Made by a program: the position numbers and the translations under genes. Shown here in pieces: positions 1 through 6,259 of a stretch of DNA of 26,496 bases. The notes under the pieces are model-generated. The model did not search any database. It was not told where the DNA came from and saw nothing but the letters and a program-made list of their open reading frames with translations. Location of the stretch: contig JALSMD010000005.1 of the NCBI GenBank assembly GCA_026987855.1, positions 1 through 26,496 on the forward strand, read 5' to 3'. The stretch comes from Candidatus Falkowbacteria bacterium (GTDB lineage Bacteria > Patescibacteriota > Patescibacteriia > Patescibacteriales > JALSMD01). The first letter of the stretch is position 1. Every line of letters starts with the position of its first letter.

Positions 1-141
1 ATTTTCCCAAAAAAAATAATCCGCAAATTTTTAGAGCACTTTAGAATAAAATATCATTAGAGAAAAAATATTGGAAACATTTTAAATTAAAAAAGACTTT
101 TATTTACTAGACAAAGCGAGTAATAATCTAAAAAACATTTA

Positions 142-172
142 AAAAAGAGCTCCTTTAAAAGGAGCTCTTTTT
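142..172. terminator. Rho-independent terminator-like hairpin, probably bidirectional
   Basis: Perfect 14-bp inverted repeat AAAAAGAGCTCCTT / AAGGAGCTCTTTTT with A/T tracts on both ends, 19 nt past the stop of 192..1004. Confidence 0.85.
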
Positions 173-191
173 ATTAAATATAAATTTAAAA

Positions 192-1004
192 TTAAAACAA
201 CCAACCAAATAAGAATCCTATTAGACCATTACTTTTTTCTTCCTTATCAGCTAACTGTTTTAATCTTATTTGTTCCTGTTCAATAGTTTGAATTTCTTCT
301 TTTAACATTTCTTTTATTTGTTCATCACAATCAGTACATTCTTGATAAACTTTTTTTAGCTCTTGAATTCTTTTTCTGTTTTGTTGTACCTCACGTTTAA
401 TTTCTGCAGCTGCTTTTTTGTCTCCTCCTACAAAAAATCTAATAATGCGATTACGGTTTTGAATTTTCTTTTCAGCCATGATAGTAGCTTTTACAGAACT
501 ATCTAGCTGTTTAGCTATTTCTGCCGCTTTTGGTCCTAATTTTTCTCCTAAGAAATTTTGCATACCAAAAATGGTTTGAGCGGCTAGTTTTACTCTATAT
601 TGATGTTGATAAATATTTTTTTCTTTGTTGTTTTTATTGCGTAAAGAAGCTTTTAACTCTTTTGCTTTTTCATTGACCATTTTTTTAAATTCTTCTGGAG
701 TTTTTGTCATTACCTTTAATTGTTCTTGTAATTTTAATTGCTGTTCTTCTCCTTGATTCTTTGTTTTGGTTTCTTGTCTGGTTTGGATAGTTTTTTGAGC
801 ATCAGGGTTTTTGCTTTGAAAATTTTCTTTGCCCTGAGCTTTCTCTTTTTCTTGGTCGGCTTGTTTTGGTTTAACAGAAGTTTGTCTTTGAATAACAGGA
901 TTTTCCTCTGGGCTTTGACTTTTTTCTTTAGAGGAAGCTGCTTGGGTCGCCATAGCTCCTGCCATAAAAATGATTAAAGTGGCTACTAATGTTTTTTTAT
1001 GCAT
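192..1004 (-). CDS. Secreted coiled-coil hypothetical protein (270 aa)
   Basis: N-terminal signal peptide (MHKKTLVATLIIFMAGAMATQA), Q/E/K-rich low-complexity region, helical C-terminal half, hydrophobic end GLIGFLFGWLF. Has its own promoter, an SD-like motif and a terminator. Confidence 0.85.
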   Translation of the reverse strand: MHKKTLVATLIIFMAGAMATQAASSKEKSQSPEENPVIQRQTSVKPKQADQEKEKAQGKENFQSKNPDAQKTIQTRQETKTKNQGEEQQLKLQEQLKVMTKTPEEFKKMVNEKAKELKASLRNKNNKEKNIYQHQYRVKLAAQTIFGMQNFLGEKLGPKAAEIAKQLDSSVKATIMAEKKIQNRNRIIRFFVGGDKKAAAEIKREVQQNRKRIQELKKVYQECTDCDEQIKEMLKEEIQTIEQEQIRLKQLADKEEKSNGLIGFLFGWLF

Positions 1005-1013
1005 ATTTTTTGA

Positions 1014-1049
1014 CTCCTTCCTAAAAATTATTTATTTTTAGGAAAAGAG
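1014..1049 (-). promoter_or_regulatory. 5' leader hairpin covering an SD-like AGGAAGGAG
   Basis: Perfect 11-bp stem (1018-1028/1034-1044), extendable with G-U pairs across AGGAAGGAG, which ends 9 nt before the ATG at 1004. Confidence 0.55.
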
Positions 1050-1084
1050 CATTAATTTTTATATCAACGGATCTCTTTTTTTAT

Positions 1085-1113
1085 ATTATATAACTTTTTC
1101 CAAAAAATAGCAA
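1085..1113 (-). promoter_or_regulatory. Sigma70-type promoter for 192..1004
   Basis: TTGCTA-N17-TATAAT on the minus strand. Confidence 0.7.
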
Positions 1114-1165
1114 TTCTTCCGCCTTCTTATTAGATTTTTTCGCTTCTGCTTGATAGTATAAACAT

Positions 1166-1206
1166 AAAACAAAAAGAGCCAAAACCTAAATGGCTCTTTT
1201 TGTTTT
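1166..1206. terminator. Rho-independent terminator ending the nrd operon
   Basis: Perfect 16-bp inverted repeat AAAACAAAAAGAGCCA / TGGCTCTTTTTGTTTT with a 9-nt loop, downstream of 1234..1533. Confidence 0.85.
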
Positions 1207-1233
1207 TAAGATATCCTAATATAATTTCAGAAA

Positions 1234-1533
1234 TTATTTAGTAAGCATTTTTAATAATTCTGGGTTTATTTTGCTAGGGTCTATATTTTCTACACCACCA
1301 ACATTAAGACCTGACTTTAGGTTTAATAATTCTTGATATTGAGCAAAAACATCTTTAAGTAATGGTGGCAAATAGATAATACCCAAAATAATAGGAACAA
1401 TTATTAAGACTAATTTTAAAAATCCAATAATCTGGGAAAATATAATATATCTCCTTATATATTTAGTCATTTTATGAATTTCTTTAGTTAGTTTTAAATT
1501 TTCCTCTAAAAGATTCTTAATGTCATTCTCCAT
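1234..1533 (-). CDS. Small membrane hypothetical protein (99 aa)
   Basis: Charged N-terminal helix, then a hydrophobic stretch (IIFSQIIGFLKLVLIIVPIILGIIYLPPLL); 20 nt downstream of nrdG. Confidence 0.8.
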   Translation of the reverse strand: MENDIKNLLEENLKLTKEIHKMTKYIRRYIIFSQIIGFLKLVLIIVPIILGIIYLPPLLKDVFAQYQELLNLKSGLNVGGVENIDPSKINPELLKMLTK

Positions 1534-1553
1534 ATTTTTATTTTAATTATTAT

Positions 1554-2267
1554 TTAGCCACGTAATTCACATAATTTTACATATTTATTGCCAATATTTT
1601 TCATTTCTAGTAATTCTTCTTCAGAATAAGATGGTATTCCTTCAAAATTTTTATTAACTAGCTGGGTATCTGAACGAAATTGCTGTAAATACCATTTTTC
1701 TGCGCCATTGATAGTTTTTCCTATATTTTCTATATCATCTTTGTTTAGTAATTGAGGAACAATAGTAGTTCTAAATTCATAGGCAACATAACCTTTCATT
1801 AATAAATGAATGCTTTCCATAATTCTTTCCATATCTGGCTGAACTCCAGTCACTAAATCATATTTATGTAATGGGGCCTTAATATCCATTGCAATATAAT
1901 CAATTATTTTATCTTTGATCAAACTATCTATTAGTTGTGGATTTGTCCCATTGGTATCTAACTTTACTTTAAATCCTATCTCTCTCATTTTTATTATAAA
2001 CTCAGGCAAATCTGTATGAAGTGTTGGTTCACCGCCAGTAATAACTACGGCATCCAATTTCCCTATACGTTTTTTAAGAAAATCAAGAAGATCATCCTCC
2101 TTGATTATGGGATGATCTTCTTGATTTCTATCGCCTGTGCTAGGCCAGACAAGCATGGGGTTATAACAAAAATGACAACGAAAATTACAATTTTTAGTAA
2201 AAATTACTGCTGCTAAATGTCCAGGATAATCAATTAAACTAAATTTTTCTAAGCCGCCTATAATCAT
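1554..2267 (-). CDS. nrdG: Anaerobic ribonucleoside-triphosphate reductase activating protein (radical SAM)
   Basis: CNFRCHFC radical-SAM motif, N-terminal SLIDYPG, ITGGEPT, DTNG and YEFRTT motifs; adjacent to nrdD. Confidence 0.95.
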   Translation of the reverse strand: MIIGGLEKFSLIDYPGHLAAVIFTKNCNFRCHFCYNPMLVWPSTGDRNQEDHPIIKEDDLLDFLKKRIGKLDAVVITGGEPTLHTDLPEFIIKMREIGFKVKLDTNGTNPQLIDSLIKDKIIDYIAMDIKAPLHKYDLVTGVQPDMERIMESIHLLMKGYVAYEFRTTIVPQLLNKDDIENIGKTINGAEKWYLQQFRSDTQLVNKNFEGIPSYSEEELLEMKNIGNKYVKLCELRG

Positions 2268-2273
2268 ATTATA

Positions 2274-2423
2274 TTAATAGGACTCTCTTAACTGCTTATC
2301 AAAAGTTTTTCTGTCATTAAATTCACTCTTCTTACCTTTATTCCAATTTTTTACCGGAGTAAGCCAACCTACTACCCGGCTATAAACAATACATTCTTGT
2401 CTTTGTGTTTGTTTTGGAGACAT
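2274..2423 (-). CDS. Stand-alone NrdD C-terminal glycyl-radical domain (49 aa), absent from the ORF track
   Basis: Manual translation: MSPKQTQRQECIVYSRVVGWLTPVKNWNKGKKSEFNDRKTFDKQLRESY*. YSRVVG(W)L.PV..WN.GK..EF.DRK matches the C-terminal glycyl-radical segment of class III RNRs. ATG at 2423, TAA at 2274-2276. Confidence 0.92.
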   Translation of the reverse strand: MSPKQTQRQECIVYSRVVGWLTPVKNWNKGKKSEFNDRKTFDKQLRESY

Positions 2424-2434
2424 ATTTATTAAAC

Positions 2435-4507
2435 TTAATTATTAATTATTTTTGTATTTATTGTAGTATTTTCTTCTTCTTTTATATAACCAATTTCAGC
2501 ATCACATTTAGGACAATATTTATGTTCTCCAGGCAAATATCCATGTTTAGGACAAATAGAAAATGTAGGTGTAATAGTAAAATAAGGTAGATGGTAGTTT
2601 TCAGCGATTTTCTTTATTAACCTTTTACAAGCTTCTGGATCGCTAATACGCTCTCCAATAAATCCATGTAATACAGTTCCTCCTGTATACTTAGTTTGTA
2701 ATTCATCTTGCAAATCAAGGGCCTCAAAAATGTCATCAGTAAAATTAACTGGCAAGTGAGATGAGTTTGTATAATACGGATCCGCCCCTCTCTCTTTAAC
2801 AGCCTCATCATTGGCTACTATGATATCTGGATATAATTCTTTATCTTTCTTGGCAAAACGATAAGTGGCGCCTTCCGCAGGAGAAGCTTCTAAGTTATAT
2901 AAATTATTTGTTTCATTTTGATAATCCATCAACCTCTCCCTCATCCAATCTAATACTTCTAAAGCAAATTTTCTGCCACTATATGTAGTAATATCTTGAC
3001 CAATAAAGTTGATTAAAGCTTCATTCATCCCATTAATTCCAATTGTGCTAAAATGATTCTTCCAATAAGAGCCAAAACGTTTTTTAATATCTGATAAATA
3101 ATATTTTGAATAAGGATAAAGACCGCCTTCGGTTAATTTTTCTATAATTTTTCGTTTAATTTCTAAACTTTCTTTAGCCAAATCCATCAATCTGTATAAC
3201 CTTTCCTTAAAATCGTCTTTATTTTTTGATAAATAACCAATGCGTGCTAAATTAATAGTTACTACTCCCAAGCTGCCAGTTAGAGGGTTAGCTCCAAATA
3301 AGCCGCCTCCTCTTTTTCTTAATTCTCTATTATCAAGACGCAAGCGACAACACATACTGCGCGCGTCATCTCTACTCATATCAGAATTGATAAAATTAGA
3401 AAAATATGGAATGCCATATTTTGCTGTCATTTCCCAAACAGGTTTTAAGCATTCGCGGTTCCAATCAAAATTTTTGTCAATGTTATAAGTGGGTATAGGA
3501 AAAGCAAACACTCTGCCACTCGCATCACCTTCAATCATTACTTCTGCAAAAGCCTTATTAAAAATATCCATCTCCTCCTGAAAGTCTTTATATTTCTCTG
3601 GCATTATCTGACCACCAATAATTACATTTTCTTCTCCCATTTGTTCTGAAGGAATTACATCTAACGTAACATTAGTAAATGGTGTCTGAAAACCGACACG
3701 AGTGGGAACATTTACATTAAACATAAACTCCTGTAAACATTGCTTTACCTCTTTATACGACAAATTATCATAACGAATAAAAGGAGCTAAATAAGTATCA
3801 AAATTAGCAAAGGCTTGAGCGCCTGCTGCTTCGCCTTGCAAGGTATAAAGAAAATTGACAATTTGTCCTAAAGCGCTGCGAAAATGTTTTGGGGGTTTGC
3901 TTTGAACTTTATCTTTCACGCCGCCAAAGCCCTTTATTAAGAGATCACGCAAATCCCAGCCACAACAATAAGGAGCTAACATTCCCAAGTCATGGATATG
4001 AAAATCCGCGTTAATGTGAGCTTCTCTAATTTCTTTTGGATATAACTTATTAAGCCAATAACGAGCAGAAACAGAAGAAGCAATATAATTATTGAGTCCC
4101 TGAACAGAAAAGCTCATATTACTATTTTCATTTAATCTCCAATCAAGCTTTCCCAAATAATCTTCAACAAGTTTATCTTCATTAAGAGCTTTTATATCAC
4201 GTAATTGTCTGCGTTGGTCTCTATACAATATGTAAGCTTTTGCTATTTCAATTTCTTTATTTTTTATTAAAACTCCTTCTACAATATCCTGAATTTCTTC
4301 AACTGCTGGAATACTTCTTGAATGAAATTTTTTATTTAACTCTTTAACAACTTGTTCGCTTAATTTTTTGGCTAGTTCTTTATCATCACCTCCGACCGCT
4401 TTGATTGCTTTAAAAATAGCGTTTGTAATCTTGTCTTGGTTAAAATCTACGATCTCTCCAGACCGTTTAATAATTTTTTTAATAGTATTATCTTTTTTAT
4501 TTGGCAT
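2435..4507 (-). CDS. nrdD: Class III (anaerobic) ribonucleoside-triphosphate reductase, large part lacking the glycyl-radical motif
   Basis: N-terminal ATP cone (IIKRSGEIVDFNQDKI), HIHDL, YCCGWDL, finger-loop SMCCRL, LEASPAE, YTGGT and metal site CPKH...CPKC. Ends 22 residues after CPKC with no RxxGY motif. Confidence 0.95.
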   Translation of the reverse strand: MPNKKDNTIKKIIKRSGEIVDFNQDKITNAIFKAIKAVGGDDKELAKKLSEQVVKELNKKFHSRSIPAVEEIQDIVEGVLIKNKEIEIAKAYILYRDQRRQLRDIKALNEDKLVEDYLGKLDWRLNENSNMSFSVQGLNNYIASSVSARYWLNKLYPKEIREAHINADFHIHDLGMLAPYCCGWDLRDLLIKGFGGVKDKVQSKPPKHFRSALGQIVNFLYTLQGEAAGAQAFANFDTYLAPFIRYDNLSYKEVKQCLQEFMFNVNVPTRVGFQTPFTNVTLDVIPSEQMGEENVIIGGQIMPEKYKDFQEEMDIFNKAFAEVMIEGDASGRVFAFPIPTYNIDKNFDWNRECLKPVWEMTAKYGIPYFSNFINSDMSRDDARSMCCRLRLDNRELRKRGGGLFGANPLTGSLGVVTINLARIGYLSKNKDDFKERLYRLMDLAKESLEIKRKIIEKLTEGGLYPYSKYYLSDIKKRFGSYWKNHFSTIGINGMNEALINFIGQDITTYSGRKFALEVLDWMRERLMDYQNETNNLYNLEASPAEGATYRFAKKDKELYPDIIVANDEAVKERGADPYYTNSSHLPVNFTDDIFEALDLQDELQTKYTGGTVLHGFIGERISDPEACKRLIKKIAENYHLPYFTITPTFSICPKHGYLPGEHKYCPKCDAEIGYIKEEENTTINTKIINN

Positions 4508-4530
4508 GGGGATTAAAGTTAATTTTTATA

Positions 4531-4998
4531 TTATATTTTCTGTTTTCTCTTCTTAAGTAATTTATTTAGTTCTCTTTGAAAAGTATGAACATCTTTAAAA
4601 GATTCATAAACGCTAGCAAAACGTATATAAGCAACCTGATCAACCTTTTTTAAGTTTTTCATCACTATTTTTCCTACCTGTTTAGAGGTTATCTCGTTCT
4701 TTTTCAACTTTTGTAAATCTCTTTCAATAGCATTAACTAATTTTTTAAACTTTTCTTCTGTAATTGGTCTCTTTTCTAATGATTTTTTTAAGCCATTTAT
4801 TAACTTTTCTCTGCTATATGCTTCTCTCCTACCATCTCTTTTAACAATAATTAAATCTAAAATTTCTATTCCTTCGTATGTAGAAAACCTAAAACCACAT
4901 TTCAGACATTCTCTTCTGCGCCTAATAGAAAAACCATCATTAGAGGCTCTAGAATCAACTACTTTCGTATCATCATGATAACAGATTGGACATTTCAT
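4531..4998 (-). CDS. nrdR: Transcriptional repressor NrdR
   Basis: Zn ribbon MKCPIC...RRRRECLKC, ATP cone (VKRDGRRE), VAYIRFASVY. Start set at ATG 4998 rather than the track's TTG at 5004. Confidence 0.96.
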   Translation of the reverse strand: MKCPICYHDDTKVVDSRASNDGFSIRRRRECLKCGFRFSTYEGIEILDLIIVKRDGRREAYSREKLINGLKKSLEKRPITEEKFKKLVNAIERDLQKLKKNEITSKQVGKIVMKNLKKVDQVAYIRFASVYESFKDVHTFQRELNKLLKKRKQKI

Positions 4999-5064
4999 AA
5001 ACAAAAAAACACCTAGTTATTTAAACCAAAAAATTTATAAAATATTCTAAGTGTTTTTAAAACA

Positions 5065-5080
5065 ACACTATATATTGTGT
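5065..5080. promoter_or_regulatory. NrdR box 1
   Basis: ACACTATATATTGTGT matches the NrdR-box consensus acaCwAtATaTwGtgt at all positions. Confidence 0.9.
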
Positions 5081-5097
5081 ATCTAATCTTTATTTAA

Positions 5098-5113
5098 CTA
5101 CTATATATTGTAT
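5098..5113. promoter_or_regulatory. NrdR box 2
   Basis: CTACTATATATTGTAT has an intact core CTATATATTG; starts 33 nt from box 1 and abuts the predicted transcription start. Confidence 0.8.
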
Positions 5114-5121
5114 CTATTTAT

Positions 5122-5149
5122 ATAATAGCATTTTTAATAAAAAAGTCAA
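5122..5149 (-). promoter_or_regulatory. Sigma70-type promoter of the nrdR-nrdD operon
   Basis: TTGACT-N16-TATTAT with an extended -10 (TGc). Confidence 0.7.
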
Positions 5150-5233
5150 TATCCCTAATCTTATTTAATTTTACAACAAATTTTTTAAAAAGCTACTTAG
5201 ATATGTTTAGCTATACAAAAAAAGAAAAAAATC

Positions 5234-5242
5234 TGTGGATAA
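5234..5242 (-). promoter_or_regulatory. Single perfect DnaA box
   Basis: TGTGGATAA on +, i.e. TTATCCACA on -, in the recR-nrdR intergenic region. Confidence 0.5.
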
Positions 5243-5338
5243 GTAATATCAGAAAGCTTAAAGGCACAAATAAGTTCTAACTTTTATATATCTATGTATT
5301 ATGTGCTATAAATAGTGGTTTTTATATAATTATAAGTT

Positions 5339-5929
5339 TCATCTCCTATATCTCAAAGCGTTAGAAATTGTTAAGTCGTCAGCATACTCTAAATCACTGC
5401 CACTAGGTAAGCCCCTTGCCAAGCGAGTAGTTTTAATTTTATAAGGAGAGATAATTTTTTCTAAATACATAGCTGTGGTCTCTCCTTCAATAGTTGGACT
5501 TAAAGCCAATATTATTTCCTTAATCTTCTCTTCTTTAAAGCGTAAAAGTAGTTGTTTAATGGTTAAGTTGTCTGGTTTTATATCTTCCAGAGAATTTAAA
5601 ACACCCCCTAACACATGATAAAGTCCATTATATTGTCTGGTATTTTCAATGGCTAACATATCACGTGTATTAGCTACTATACATATAATATTTTGGTTTC
5701 TTTTAGGGTCAGAGCAAATATCGCAAAATTTTGTACTAGAAACAGAACAACATCTTTGGCATATCTTAATGCCGCGCTTTAAATCTTGAATTGCCTTAGC
5801 AAAAAGTTCTAATTCTTTGTTGGGCTGATTTAATAAATAAAAAACATACCTTTCAGCAGTCTTTGGCCCAACACTAGGCAGTTTAGTAAAATAATCAATT
5901 AAATTTTGAATAGAATTAGGATAATTCAT
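5339..5929 (-). CDS. recR: Recombination mediator RecR
   Basis: LPSVGPKTAER HhH motif, C4 zinc finger CQRC...CDIC, YHVLGG, Toprim ALSPTIEGETT, RLARGLP. Start set at ATG 5929 (MNYP) rather than TTG 5947. Confidence 0.95.
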   Translation of the reverse strand: MNYPNSIQNLIDYFTKLPSVGPKTAERYVFYLLNQPNKELELFAKAIQDLKRGIKICQRCCSVSSTKFCDICSDPKRNQNIICIVANTRDMLAIENTRQYNGLYHVLGGVLNSLEDIKPDNLTIKQLLLRFKEEKIKEIILALSPTIEGETTAMYLEKIISPYKIKTTRLARGLPSGSDLEYADDLTISNALRYRR

Positions 5930-5936
5930 ACACAAA

Positions 5937-6215
5937 TTAAGCACCAAATCCAGGCAAGCCCCCTAGTTGCTGGATCTTAGTTGCTGCCACTCTTTGCGCT
6001 TTTTGGACAGCATCATTAAAACAATCTGTTAATATTTCTTCCAATTTTTCTTTGGATAATTCTTCGTTAATAGTTAAAGATTTTATCTTAAAACTGCCAT
6101 CCATCTCAATTCTTACACCCTTTTTTTCAACAGTAATTATTTCTTCTGCCAAAGCATTTTGAATCGTCTTTGCTTGATTTCTTAACTCCTTAAATTGTTT
6201 TAATTTGTTGAACAT
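5937..6215 (-). CDS. ybaB: YbaB/EbfC-family nucleoid-associated protein
   Basis: 92 aa, pattern MFNKLKQFKELRNQAK...LEEILTDCFNDAVQKAQ...GGLPGFG, canonical position upstream of recR. Confidence 0.88.
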   Translation of the reverse strand: MFNKLKQFKELRNQAKTIQNALAEEIITVEKKGVRIEMDGSFKIKSLTINEELSKEKLEEILTDCFNDAVQKAQRVAATKIQQLGGLPGFGA

Positions 6216-6259
6216 AATTTTAATTTTAATTATTAACTTTTAAACAAATTTAAATAGTT

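Noticed and set aside
1-60. Possible 3' end of a plus-strand gene (IFPKKIIRKFLEHFRIKYH*)
   Set aside because: Only 19 codons visible with no recognisable motif; needs upstream sequence.
2421-2445. Stop-codon read-through or programmed frameshift fusing nrdD to the 49-aa ORF
   Set aside because: The ORFs are out of frame, the small ORF's frame has a stop at 2439-2441, it has its own ATG in the typical TATG context, and no slippery heptamer or downstream structure is evident. A sequencing indel cannot be fully excluded without reads.
4999-5004. Track start codons for nrdR (TTG 5004) and recR (TTG 5947)
   Set aside because: Downstream ATGs (4998 MKCP; 5929 MNYP) match the family N-termini, avoid overlap with ybaB or the leader hairpin, and fit the TATG context.
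5203-5280. 25-aa plus-strand ORF MFSYTKKEKNLWISNIRKLKGTNKF
   Set aside because: Short, no motif, no supporting promoter or terminator; expected by chance in AT-rich DNA.
5005-5338. Replication origin in the recR-nrdR spacer
   Set aside because: Only one DnaA box, no box cluster, no neighbouring dnaA/dnaN; the region is largely explained by the nrd promoter and operators.
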